The notes under the pieces are model-generated. The model had not been told where the DNA came from. It was given only the letters and a program-made list of their open reading frames with translations, and searched no databases. The translations under genes were made by a program, and so were the position numbers. DNA of 64,000 bases. It comes from Octopus vulgaris (lineage: Eukaryota). Below, in pieces: positions 24,972-40,287 of this stretch (position 1 is the stretch's first letter; each line of letters starts with the position of its first letter). Where the stretch lies: assembly GCA_951406725.2 (NCBI GenBank), contig OX597829.1, positions 41,974,001-42,038,000 on the forward strand. The letters are read 5' to 3'.

Positions 24972-25368
24972 TTATTTCAAATTTTTGCCTCAAGGGCAGC
25001 TTGGGGGAGGTGAGGATGAGTCGATTACATCGACCCCAGTGTTCAACTGGTACTTATTTTATCAACCCTGAAAGGATGAAAGGCATAGTCGACCTCGGCG
25101 GAATTTGAATTCAGAACGCAGCGGCAGATGAAATACCTATTTCTTTACTACCCACAAGGGGCTAAACACAGAAAGGACAAGCAAGGACAGACAAACGGAT
25201 TAAGTCGATTATATCGACCCCAGTGCGTAACTGGTACTTATTTAACGACCCCGAAAAGATGAAAGGCAAAGTCGACCTCGGCGGAATTTGAACTCAGAAC
25301 GTAGCGGCAGACGAAATACCGCTGAGCATTTCGCCTGGAGTGCTAACGTTTCTGCCAGCTCGCTGCCT
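24972..25368 (-). mobile_element. SINE S2 dimer carrying two different 3' tails
   Basis: Head at about 25368, Tx1-like tail at about 25137-25200, then a second body ending in the alternative tail tttcaaatttttgcctcaagggcagc. Confidence 0.85.
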
Positions 25369-25984
25369 TAAATGTGAATGGAATTAATGTTTCATTGCAT
25401 TACGTACATTAATTCGTTTAAAACTTGCGAAAGCAAAATTATGGCAAAAATTATGAATTAAAAATATGTAAATTCTCCATTCTACTTTGTGCTTTATACT
25501 TTACTCCGTAATCTTCAGAAGTGAACTTTAGATTTACTAATTGAACAAAGATAATTGTATGGACTACATTATCACTCGTCAATCTATGTAGCCACGTTGT
25601 ATTACTTCAGAAGGCTCCAAATTTTTTTCCCTGGATTTTACTATACACAGGCTTCTTTCAGTTTCCGCGACGGGCTTCTTTCAGTTTCCGCTTATCAAAT
25701 CTACTCAAAAGGCTTTAGCCGATCCAGGGTCATAGTAAAGCAACATAACGACAGTGCCACTCTCTGGGACAGAACTTAAGACCAAATAGTCTCAGGTTCT
25801 TAACAAGAAAGCTTGTTAACTACACAGCTACAACGTATATATAGCAAGGTTGTTTGTTTCGCAAAATCACGGTTCGGAATTCGCTCCCAGCGAGATAACT
25901 TGAATAACTGTCATTCCTTCATTGCCTCACATTGACCAAATTATTCTCAGTGGAATTTCATAGACAGATATTGCGTAACATGCT

Positions 25985-26247
<263 letters not shown>

Positions 26248-26280
26248 GTGTCTGAATGGGAGTGTATATATATATATAGA

Positions 26281-26880
26281 TAAAGGTGTCGATTATAACA
26301 TACATTGGAAGATTTTGGCCAAATGTAAGCCCTATACCAACGGCAGCGGAAGGTGCGGTCTATGCGACATGGAGAGATGGCTTATCTGGAAAAGCAGGTT
26401 AGACCCTACCACATGTCTAAATTCAAGGACAGAACTTTTCGGATCATGCCCATATGTAACTAAATTTCTGTTACGTTTTTGGTCCCCTAAAGAAGACAGA
26501 TAGAACATGCTTTCTATGTTATGTCCCAAGAAGGTTTTTCACCTCATCATACCTTCTATCATATATTTTTTATAGATATTTTATGTATATATATATATTT
26601 TTATATATTTTTTATATATTTTTTATGTATTTTTATATAATTTTTATGGCGAAAAATGCGAGTGAAGATGTGTACGTTCACATAGCGATATATAAGTACG
26701 CGGGCAAGCAGAGTTATAACACAGTAATTTCCCTTTGTATAACGGTAATTTCCTTTTGTATAACGGTATTTTTTCATAGCGTTTTCAAATAGCCAGATAA
26801 CCGAAGAGATGGCGTCGTGGATTCCCACTTCGGCATCTGAAACTCAGAGTTTTATCTTGACTATCGAGTAATGTAACATA
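26281..26880 (+). mobile_element. Penelope-like element 3' fragment (GIY-YIG endonuclease C-terminus plus pseudo-LTR)
   Basis: The frame reads [31 protein letters not shown]...CLNSRTELFGSCPYVTKFLL, the W.IL..C..Y..C.LC..E..I..LN.R.E..C pattern of PLE endonuclease ends. A hammerhead motif lies downstream. Confidence 0.8.
26795..26857 (+). ncRNA. Hammerhead ribozyme motif with CCGAAGA core
   Basis: agataa-CCGAAGA-gatg..gtgg attc ccac..catc-t-GAAA-ctc a gag-T-T-ttatct. 6-bp stem I agataa/ttatct. Confidence 0.7.
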
Positions 26881-27136
26881 TTATTTTATATATATATATA
26901 TATGTTTATATATACTCATGTTTGTATCTATATCTATATCTATTTCTCTGTTTCTCTTTCTGTCTGACTGTCTGTCCGTCTGTCTGTCTGTCTGCCCCCC
27001 TCTCTCTCTATAAAGATATAAGCTTGATAATTGTTGAGATATCCCTGAACATGAAACCAATGGTAACCTTAATACACAAATACATAATTCTTATTCACCA
27101 ATGCTGTGTTGAGCTCACATTCTCATTGTTCGATAT

Positions 27137-27360
27137 TTACATGCATACATACATACATACATACATACATACATACATACATACATGCATACATACATAC
27201 ATACATACATACTTACATACATACATACATACATACGTACGTACGTACGTACATACATACATACATACATACATACATACATACATACATACGTACGTAC
27301 GTACGTACGTACGTATATACGTACGTACATACATACATACATACATACATACATACATAC

Positions 27361-27423
<63 letters not shown>

Positions 27424-27430
27424 CATACAT
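27137..27430. repeat. (CATA)n/(CGTA)n, tail of the adjacent RTE fragment
   Basis: Directly visible. Confidence 0.95.
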
Positions 27431-27800
27431 GATGGCTGCAAACTCGTGTTCGAGTATTGCCATCGCATGATCGAAAGTCCTTGTATATGACTCTTCAGTC
27501 CAGTCAAAGATCTAGATTCTTTACCACACAGTCGAAAAGTGTGAAGGACGTTGGAACTCTTTTGCGATTTCATTGGACATCTGCTGAGCCAGACCCATCA
27601 CAATGCGTCCCTGATCACTTATTACAAGTCCTACTTTGCATTTGAGAGATTGTCGTTTAAGACTACGACCAGCTATTTTTGTGATAGGTCTCACTTTTTC
27701 CAGCGATGTGTGTACATAATAATTTTTATAGTGGGAAAAAGACTTGTACGAATCCAATCCCATTCTTTGAACATGGACAACATAAACTCGAAAAGAAGAA
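27431..27800 (-). mobile_element. Decayed RTE-clade LINE 3' end
   Basis: Minus strand has an HVQRM remnant and the terminal zinc-finger remnant RLCGKESRSLTGLKSHI. A 3' stem-loop gatggc..actcg aaca cgagt..gccatc is followed by (ATGT)n. Confidence 0.6.
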
Positions 27801-28206
27801 CTAGTCTAAATCACTGAATATTGTCTTTGTCGCAGGTTTTCTCTCAAAGTTTCCCACTCCTAGAGAGATATAGTGACAATAACTGTGGCCAACCGCGCAC
27901 CTGGACACCAACCCAGGTATTTCCACGTCCCCATGCATACATACATACATACATACATACATACATACATACATACATACATACGTACATACATACATAC
28001 ATACATACATACATACATACATACAAACATACAAACATACACATATTACTTGATGGCCGTTGACTGCTCATGAGCCATTCCGCCCTTTGACAGGACTTAG
28101 TTTTCGTCCTGCAGAGTGTCCAACAATCACCTTCCTCACCAAGCAAGCTTGATGGGGTTGTACTGAATTACATGTTACCAGTAGCGCCCAAGAGCGACCT
28201 ACATCC

Positions 28207-28572
<366 letters not shown>

Positions 28573-28586
28573 CTTAATCTACTTCA

Positions 28587-28650
<64 letters not shown>

Positions 28651-28654
<4 letters not shown>

Positions 28655-28766
28655 TGAAGTAGATTTGCCACGTAAAGGTGGCTGACCCATATGGGACGAT
28701 GCTACTGTTTTTTATAGCCCTAGGAAGAATCTCCTCCAGCTAGCTAACGATACGCTGTCTGTGTCT
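28651..28766 (-). mobile_element. Terminal fragment of the retrozyme-like family at 56427-56793
   Basis: atcgtgaagtagatttgcca...gatgctactg...tagccctagga...ctcctccagctagc aligns to the reverse complement of 56680-56793. Confidence 0.7.
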
Positions 28767-30119
28767 ATATATATATTATGTGTTGAATTGGGAACGCTAC
28801 AGAGACTAATGAAATCTCCCAGACTGCTTATATATTAACTTGTTTGAATCGTGGATCTGTTTTGTACTTGCAAGAGGCAGGCAAAGTAATTCCACGGGGA
28901 AACTCATGATGAGCTTATGACAAGCAGTGTTTAGTAAGCAGTGACATATTCAGTCGACAACTCTGCGGTTTTTCAAAAATATGAATGATTAATTTGAATA
29001 GGATATTTGAGACTAAACAGAAAAATAAAATGTAGGGATGGTCACGGCCGGAGTTTCTTTGTTCGTAGAATTGATCTGTCATAATCTTGTTCGGCTTGCT
29101 AGGAATTGTAGCATAATTTACATCATCACATCCTATCGCCATTCTACCGTAAAAACAAAACGGTATTTGTTTCCTTTTATTCTTTTCCAGGTTTCAGTCA
29201 TTGGACTACGGTTATAGAAAGGCATTGCCTTCAATGGTTTACTCGAGCATGTCTATCACTGTGACAATTTTATTCCATATCTGTTTGATGGACTGCTGTG
29301 TCGCTTGACACGATCATACAAACGTAAACATGGGTTTATGCAGAAACATGCGCTCATAGACGCACCCCTCCTTTTACGCACGCACATGCGTGTAGGCACG
29401 TACACACACACAGAATGTAGACGGTCCATATCTACAGAATCTCTTTCACGTGGTACTGGTCAATTCAAAGCCATAGTAGAAGACACTTGCTGAAGGTGCC
29501 ACGCAATAGGAGAGAATGAAACCGAAATTGCGTAGATGCAAAGCGAACTTGCATAATAAGCAAAACATGCCCTACGTCTGCTCATGTTTGAAATGCCTTT
29601 TGATCATAAGAGGTCTGATCAGTCGCAGCTGACCCGTGGCTAAACAACAGCTGTAGTAACAGCAGCAATAAGAAGGATCACAGCATCACCATCGCCTACG
29701 AGAATAACGACACCAAACAATAATATAACATGTCGACTATATGGGAGAGAAACTTAAGTAAGAGACTTACGGGATTTTCCCCCCTGATATTTAAGACTGT
29801 CGGATAATAGAAGCAAAACTAGTAACAACAACATCAAACAGTTACAGTAACAACCACAACAACTAAAAACAAAGATAATGGGATCCGCGGTGGTAGATAC
29901 GAGGGATAGGTAGAGAAGAGTGGCGGTGGGGAAAAACGGAAACAGGAACGAAAAGGGTGGTGGTTTCAACCACCGACTGACAGGAACAAGTCGAGGCCAT
30001 ATTGGGTAAAAAGAGAGGCGAAAGGCCAACGTTAACGACTAAAAGGTAAAATAAAGGAGGGAAAAGAAAAAAATGCAACAATATTAAGGAAGATGGAGAT
30101 TGTGATGATGATTGTTGTT

Positions 30120-31945
<1,826 letters not shown>

Positions 31946-32479
31946 TTAAAACACTATCTTCCTTTCATTCATTCATTCTTTCTCTTTATTGTTGTGTGTG
32001 CATACGTGAGTGTGCGTGTACACACACTCACACACACAAAAACACACACACATTCTCTCTCTCTCTCTCTCATTTATAAATACATATTTATGTGAATATA
32101 TGTATATACATGTGTCTGTACGTTTCTGCATTTGTTTTGCAGGATTCCTGATGTGAAATCATATGTTGAAACAAATATTGTTATATTTCGGGACGGTCAT
32201 TTTGCCAATTAAACACATGCACTATATACTCGTTCTTCACTCCAGCTTTATTATTATTGTTCTTATTTTAGTGTCCTTTGTCTGAAATCTTTCCTCACAT
32301 ATCCTATGACTTCTTCAGCGACTCTCCATTCCACGTGTTTCTTCCTGTTCTGATTAGAACATTTTATCTTTCTGTGATGAGTATCCTTATCTGCACATAG
32401 GATAGCATTTGTATCTGTGTGCGTGAGTACGTGAGAATCTTTATGTATGTGGATAGTTGTTAAGTCATACTACTTAACA

Positions 32480-33250
32480 ACTATGAAGAAAAAGAAGAAA
32501 CAACAAAAGCTGTAAAACAACTGAAATTCAAACTAAAACTGGAACAGCAACGTATCATGATAAAACGATGGCAAAGAAAGCCCCTTCATGGCAAATACTG
32601 AGTTAAACTAAACGCAAAAGAAATAGACAAAGAAAAAAATAGACAAAAAAAATAGAGCAAAATCCCAGCAATGGCTGAAAAGCTCAGGACTCAAAGCAGA
32701 GACTGAAAGATTTTTAATTGCAGCACAAGACCAAAGCCTCTCATCAGAAATGATCAAAAACATATAATTGAAAAGAAACATAACAAGTAACTGCAGAATA
32801 TGTGGAGATGAACAAGAAACAATAAATCATATTATCTCTTGCTGCCCAGTCCTGGCTAAGAAGGAATATATTCACAGACACGACAGAGTTGAGACCTACA
32901 TACACTGGAAGCTATGCCAACACTATGGAATAACAACAGAAAAAAGATAGTATAGGCACACACCAGAAAAGGTCACAGAAAACGAGAAAGCAACCATACT
33001 CTGGGATATGCCAATATACACAGATACAGAAATTAAGGCCAATGGGCCCGATATAGTTGTCAGAGATCAAGAAGAAAGAAAATGCTTTCTAATTGATGTA
33101 TCAATACCAGCAGATGATAACGTTTCTCTAAAAGAAACGGAGAAACTTTCAAAATACAAAGACCTGGAAATAGAGGTAACACGAATGTAGAGTCTAAAAA
33201 CAGAAGCAATTCATATCATAATAGGCGCATTAGGTGTGATAAAAATATAC
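32480..33250 (+). mobile_element. Dong/R4-type LINE C-terminal fragment (CCHC knuckle plus RLE)
   Basis: KPLHGKY, QQWLKSSGLKAETE.FLIAAQDQSL, CRICGDEQETINHIISCCPVLAKKEYIHRHD, PDIVVRD..IDVSIP..KLSKYKDL. Confidence 0.9.
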
Positions 33251-33923
33251 ATGTTGTCTCCATGTGCAGTCTTCTTGAGCCTACAGATTATCTCAACACG
33301 CATGATAAAGCAGCACAATATATTCACTGGGTAATTTGCAAAGACTAGGACCTGGCACGTGATAAAACCAGTGTTTGAAAATGATCACATCTCACTCCTC
33401 TGGAACTTCACCGTCCAAACTCAAAGAAAGATAGATGTGAATAGGCCAGGCATTATATTGAAGGACTTGAGACAAAAATCATGCCTCCTCATTGATATGA
33501 CTGTCCCAATCGACATAAATGTATCTGTCATGACCTACCAAAAACTGAGCAAGTATAAAAATCTTGAAATAGAAATTGGCAAATACCTGTTGTCATCGGT
33601 GCCCAAGGAATGATAGCAAAAGGGACTGATTGCTACCTAACTCAGATACCAGAAAATCCAAAAAATGACAGAAATTTTAAAAAATAGAGCTCATGGGAAA
33701 TGCCCATATCCTACATAAAATACTGTCTATGTAATCCCAAGTTTTAAAACAAACTTATAATTTTCTGATGCTTTCTTAGACATTCTCTAGAACAAATACT
33801 ACGTGCAAAACCAAATATATGACACCCTAGGCATAACAGTAACTTGAACTTCTAACTTGTCTCTTGAAGTCTCTAGGTGAGACTTGGAGTCAACTTGAAC
33901 AAATACAAAGCAACAGTCAAACA

Positions 33924-33925
<2 letters not shown>
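33251..33925 (+). mobile_element. Second Dong/R4 3' end with UTR running into (TAA)n
   Basis: LLWNFTVQTQRKIDVNRPGIILKD..IDMTVP..KLSKYKNLEIEI. Paralogous to 39480-40287. Confidence 0.88.
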
Positions 33926-34010
<85 letters not shown>

Positions 34011-34067
34011 AATAATAATGATAATAATAATAATAATAATAGTAATAACAACAACAACAACAACAAC

Positions 34068-34105
<38 letters not shown>

Positions 34106-34329
34106 TGATGATAATGATGATGATGATGATGATGATTTCATTTATTTGCCACAAGGGCGAAGAATGAGGGAAGAATGAGGCGAAGAAAGACCGACATAAA
34201 GCATGTGGATTTTACATATAATTACATGATTAAAATAGAAAAGAAGGAAAGTGTACACGGTATACACTGAAAAAGAAGGGTCATATGAATAGCATATATA
34301 GGTTTCTTTGTTTTAAAGAAAAGGATGAT

Positions 34330-35978
34330 GGAGAGGATAATAAAAATATAATTGAAAAAGAGATTGAAATAACGGGAGGTGAAATATCAATATTGAATGA
34401 ACTAATCTCTTGAAACGATGTAAAATCCAGAAAATATAGATTCTCACCAAGAAAACTGCTTTCAACAAAAGAAACACTGCAACAAAATGTCTTAGCAAAA
34501 GCTAAAAGAAGACGAAGATTTGAGAAGATAAATTTTTACAAGCAAAATGAGCTGTTCACATCCAAAGCGAAAACATTCTACAGAGAAATGGGGAAGGAGA
34601 AAATAACCGTTGAAGACCCCCATCTCCTCCCACGGAAGAAGTTGAAAACCTTTGGAAAAATATCTGGAGTAATGAAAAGACAACGAAAATGCAGACTGGA
34701 TTAGACACACAGAAGGATCATAGCAAAACTTACCAGAACAAGCATGGGAAGATATCACAATAGCAGACCTAAGGATGACACTCACGAAGGCTCATAAGTG
34801 GAAATCTCCTGGTAATGATAGGATACAAAATTTCTGACTCGCCTCGCTCCCGTGAGCACACGAAAAGTTAGCCCAGTTATTCAATGAAATTATGAGAGAT
34901 TCTACAAAAACACCTCCCGTGAGTACACGAAAAGTTAGTCCTGTTATAAGAGATCCTACGAAAACACCTGATTGGTTAGCAAGAGGTATTACTTTCCTGC
35001 TCCCGGAGAATAATGAAACCAAATTTCTCCAAAGCTATCAGCCCATAACATGTCTATCTACCACGTATGAAATTTTAACATCCATCCTCGTGAAGAAAAC
35101 ACAAATTTATGGAACAGAAAAATATTTTCGAAACTGAAAAAAAAGGGTGTAGACGAGGCTCATATGGATGCAAAGACCAACTCTTAATCAATCGCATGAT
35201 CCTTGAGAACTGTCATAACAAACGCAGAAATCTCAGTTCCCTATGGATTGATTATAAAAAGGCCTTTGACAACATACCACATTCATGGATCTTGAAATCG
35301 CTGGATATCTTCAATATTTCTCCTGTGATTTCAAACTTCCTGAAGCATAACATGTCAGTGTGGAATACGAACCTCCAATTATAGCACTCTAATGGAATTC
35401 TAACCACAAAAAAATATTAATATCAACTGCGGCATTTTCTAAGGCAACTCACTTTAACCTTTAATTATTTGCACAGCCCTAATTACCTCTTACAAGTGAA
35501 CGTAATAGGAGAGGGTATGGGTATAAAATTGGCGATATGAAAATAATTTATTGTATATGGATGACTTAAAACTCTATGGCAAAGACAATAATGAGCTTGA
35601 AGGACTACCATGTACTGTGAAAGCATTCAGTGATGATATAGGGATGAAATTTGGTCTTGATAAATATGCCAAGGCCGCTTTTCAGAAAGGGAAATTGAAA
35701 ACCTCACATTCAGTGATGTTGGATGTTGACACAATTATAAAACAACTCGAGTAGGAACAAACTTGAAAGGCCTCGGAATAAATGAGGGCTCTGGCATTCA
35801 GCATGCAAGCATGAAAGATAAGATCAGGAAGAAATATTACAGGAGAGTTCGAGCAGTCCTAAAATACGAGTTAAATGCAAGTGAAAAGGTTTTAGCTATA
35901 CATTCCTTAGCAGTTCAGGTTGTTATTTACAGTTTCAATGTATTGAACTGCAATATGACCGAAATAAGGGAGATCTCT
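34330..35978 (+). mobile_element. Dong/R4-type LINE reverse-transcriptase region, decayed
   Basis: HKWKSPGND, GCRRGSYGCKDQLLIN, WIDYKKAFDNIPHSWI, YMDDLKLY, GMKFGLDK, with multiple stops and frameshifts. Confidence 0.92.
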
Positions 35979-35979
35979 T

Positions 35980-36480
35980 AAGAGTGAATTTGTTCTCAAC
36001 CTTGGAGTACTATACGGGATTAGTGGAGGGCAAGAGCGACGACGTACTCGGAGAGGTCCTGGGCGCCTTAGAGGATCAACTGGCTGGTCTCTTCTGGAGG
36101 ACTTTCGGGCCGAGAACTATGGATAACTTCCAGAAATCCTTGGCCTGGTAGTGATACCGAGGGCACTCCCGGTTCGAGATAAGCTCTGCAGGCACGTGTG
36201 TGCAGTCAGTTAGGCTTGTCCGAGATACACACGAAACGATGAAACCGTTCTGCATGCTCCAGTACTGTGCCCGCGCATTGCTGATTGGTGGAGCTTTGTC
36301 GAACAGTTATTGTCATGTGTAGGACGGATCCGGTTATCATTCGAGTCCATTGTGAAAATCGCCCCGCCTCCTTCCTTTGGCCGAGAAGGGAAGGCAATTT
36401 TTCTCTGACTGCCAGCTATAGCAAAAGAGGTTGTGTGGTAGACGAGATTGAAATGGTTAAAGATAGGTATTTTTCGATGC

Positions 36481-36555
<75 letters not shown>

Positions 36556-36605
36556 CATTATTATTATTATTATTATTCAGGTCACTGCCTGGAATCGAAC
36601 TCGGA

Positions 36606-36668
<63 letters not shown>

Positions 36669-37025
36669 TAATCGAAAAAAAAGACCTTAGGAATGAGAAC
36701 CCAGGTTCGAAATTTTCCCAAGACACCTGATGAAGGCTGGAAGGTGTATCAGCCGAAACGTTGTTTTAACAACAAACAAGATGAGGACAAATATCCGTCA
36801 AATGTAAATAATGTAAATGATTAACTTTTTGGGGTTTCACCTGAAAAGGAAAGTGAGGTTGGAGGGGGAGGTACTGTCACCCAATAAGTTCGTTGAAAGA
36901 TGGCTGAATATGGAAAGAATGGCCCGCGTGAATGGGCCCACTCTAAGTGTGCATTGTAAGTGTGCATCCAGAAGGAAAGGAGAAGAAAGGGTGCCTTCTT
37001 GAAGAACTGTTGGTGTTAGGGGTCC
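35980..37025 (+). mobile_element. Tx1/L1-clade LINE ORF2 C-terminus, split by the 36480-36816 insert
   Basis: CPRYTRNDETVLHAPVLCPRIADWWSFVEQLLS...AKEVVW*TR continues after the insert as INFLGFHLKRKVRLEGEVLSPNKFVERW, homologous to ORF 2284-2712. Confidence 0.8.
36722..36767 (+). ncRNA. Minimal type I hammerhead ribozyme
   Basis: gacac-CTGATGA-a-ggctgg-aaggtgta-tcagcc-GAAA-c-g-T-T-gtttt. Intact core, palindromic aacgtt, one mismatch in stem I. Confidence 0.72.
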
Positions 37026-37029
37026 GAAG

Positions 37030-38095
37030 TCTTATTGTCAGCTGGACATGCTATATCTATGATCCAGCATCGTTTGCTTTCTTTCTCAATTAACACTATG
37101 TCTGGTTTCTTATTCTCTATCTCATGGTCGCACTGTATCATAAAATCCTATAGGATCTTTGCATTATCATTTTCGATGATGCCTTCAGGTTTATGTTTGT
37201 ACCACTCTTTTGCTCTGTCAAGTTCATACTTGTTGCAAAGTGTCCAATGGACAATCCTTGTTATATTGTCATGGCGTCTCTTATATTCCTTCTGCGCTAG
37301 TGGCGTACGTTGACTGGTAATATGCCATACGGTTTCACTATTTTGTCCACAAATTCTGCACTTTCTGATGTGTTGTCTATTCTGTATTTGATGTAATTCG
37401 TTGGTAATGCTTGCTCTTAGGCAGCACCAATTAGTCTCCGTTTCCGGTTTTAAATAACTTTTAGTCATTCATAGCCATATTTTTTCTCTGTCTGTCTTAT
37501 CTTCAACATCCCTATGAAATTGACCATTCATCCACCTATTTTCAGTTTCATTCACTCTCAAGTGCTTGTACAGTGCTTTATCTTTTCCGTCTTCCATCCT
37601 ACACAAGCATGGCCTCTTTACTTCCAATAATAGTGGTTCTGTGGTATTTTTTACATACCATGCTATGTTGCTTTCTTCTCTCTAACGCTGTATTCGCATC
37701 CAATCTGTCCTCTTCCCCTCTTTTTCTTGGTGCATACAGTTTGTCTGTGTCACTTTTTGGGTGGAGTATCCCATACCTAGTCAGCAACTTCCCTGTCTTT
37801 CTCTCTAAGCTGTTTAGTTCGTCTACTGTCCATGCGATTACCCATGATCTATATTTAAGGAGTGAAACCACCAGGTGTTGATAGCTTCAATCTTATCCTG
37901 TCCGTTTAATTTTGACTTAAGGATCAGTCTCCAATATCCCCAAGTACTTACAGCCCATCTCATCTATCTGCTTCATAGCGTCACCCGATGGTATCGCTAG
38001 CCCGGCCATACTTTTGATTTTGTCTCTCTTCAAGACTAACACACCGCACTTTCTCAGTTAGAACTCTATTCTTATATCAGCACTGAAAGTGGCAT
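37030..38095 (-). mobile_element. Dong/R4-type LINE fragment
   Basis: LHPKSDTDKLYAPRKRG, CRICGQNSETVWHITS..LAQKEYKRRHD, KPDIVLIEK..WIIDIACP. Confidence 0.88.
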
Positions 38096-40287
38096 CTTCC
38101 GTAATGAGCAAAAAGGATGTAAACATGGGTCCTATGGTTGTAAAGATCAGCTACTCATCAATAAGATAATTTTGGAAGATTGTCACAAACAACACAAGAA
38201 CGTATCAATAAGACTATAAAAATGCTGGATTGAGAAGTGTTTGGAAATTTATAAAATAGCACCTACTCTGTGAAACTTCTTATCTGTAAGTATACCATCA
38301 TGGAAAACAACGCCGATTTTGAATAGTGACAATCAGTATTTCAATGCAAGGGATGTAAGAATTTCATGTGGAATTTTCCAGGGTGACTCTCTATCACCAC
38401 TCCTCTTTTGTTTAGCTTTAATATCTCTTTCGAAATAGCTTGATGATGTACAATATGGCTTGAAAAGTTTTGATAAAAATGTAAACCATCTCTTTTACAT
38501 GGATGATTTGAAGCTCTTTGCAAAAATGACGAACAACTACAGGCTTTACTAGCGATTGTTAAACAATTCAGGACGGAATTTGGCCTCGATAAATGTGCAA
38601 AAGCCACCTTTATCAGAAGGGAAATGATAGAAACATCCAACATTAACACCGAACATTAGAATGCTACAAAGGAGAGCTACAAATACCTTGGGATGTTTTG
38701 AAGGTGATGGAATCAAACATTCAATGATGAAGGAAAAGATCGGAAAAGAATGCTATCGCAGGGTTAGGGCAATACTCAAGACAGAGCTAAAAGCAAGAAA
38801 TAAGATCAAAGCGATCAATACTTTGGCCATACCGGTCGTGACTTACAGTTTCAATATTATTAACTGGTCAATTACTGAAATCTGTGGGCATGACAGGAAA
38901 ATGCAAAAACTGTTAACAATGAATAGAATGCAACACCCTAAAGCAGGTTTTGAACGACTTTACCTGCCAAAAAAAAAAGAGAGTGACCATAGACTTTTAC
39001 AACTGGAATTGACAATGAAGATTGCCAGAGTTAACGTAAACACTTAAAAATCTCTGATGACTGGATGTTACAACTTGTCTTAAAGCATGGAAACAAGAAA
39101 ACATCATACCCAGTAACAAAACAGGCAATGGAATATCTAAGTGAATTCCTAATACAACAAATTCCAGAATTAGACGTACTAGAAACAAGAACAGAGAAAG
39201 CTAAACGTATGAAAACCGGTGCTAACACTGCTGCTTTAGATATTCTTACTGATAAATGGTAAGAGAAACCTCTCAATGGCAAATACCCGAAGAAAGCTAA
39301 TAATGTTGATGTTGGCAAAGCCCTTACCCATAAATACTTAGCGCCTTCTTACTTAAAATCAACTGCAGAAGGGTTTAGCCACCCAAAATCAATGCCTTTC
39401 CACAAGAAGCTACCAGGCCGACATATTAAAAAATAGCAGTGTCCAACATCGTGTATGTAAACGACAAAATGAAACCATTGATCATGTTGTCTCCATGTGC
39501 GGCCTTCTTACGCCTACAGAGTGTCTCGACAGACATGATAGAGCAACACATTATATCCACTGGGTAATTTGCAAAATTTGGATCTGCCATATGGTAAAAA
39601 CAGTGCTTGAAAATGATCACATCTCTCTCCTTTGGAACTTTACCGTTCAAACTGACTGAAAGATAGATGCAAATAGGCCAGACATTATATTGAAAGACTC
39701 CAGGCAAAAAACATGCCTCCTCATTGATATGACTGTCCCAATCGATATAAACGTATCTGTCAAGACTTACCAAATACTGGGCAAATATAAAGATCTTGAA
39801 ATAGAAATCAGCAAAATGTGGAACCTGAAGACTAAAACAATACCTGTTGTCATAGGTACCCTAGGAATGATAGCAAAAGGGACTGATTGCTATCTATCCT
39901 AGATGCCAGGAAATCCCAAAATGACAGAAAGTCAAAAAATAGTGCTCATAGGAACTGCTCACATCCTAAGAAAATATTGTCTGTGTAATCCCCAAAATAT
40001 TTAAATCTGTAAACAGTGTCAAAATATGTTTAAATGTACATAGTAGCAAAAAACCTTCTACTGTCATCTTAACATCACGCTATCTTCTTATAATCAAATT
40101 GCTTTTAAAACAAACTTCTAATTTTCATGTATTTTCACTGACATCCTCTAGAACAATACTTTGTGCAAAACCAAAAATATGGCAGACTAGTCATAACACC
40201 AACTTGAAATTCTAACTTGTTGTCTCTTGAGGTCTCTGGGTGATACTTCGAGTCAACTTGTACAAATACGAAATAGAAGCCAAACAT
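38096..40287 (+). mobile_element. Dong/R4-type LINE, RT to 3' end, abutting (TAA)n
   Basis: SYGCKDQLLINK, GIFQGDSLSPLLFC, YMDDL, FGLDKCAK, INTLAIPVVTYSF, RHD, RPDIILKD. Confidence 0.92.

Noticed and set aside
27830-27935. Possible HDV-like ribozyme at an RTE 5' end
   Set aside because: I could not build the nested double pseudoknot by eye.
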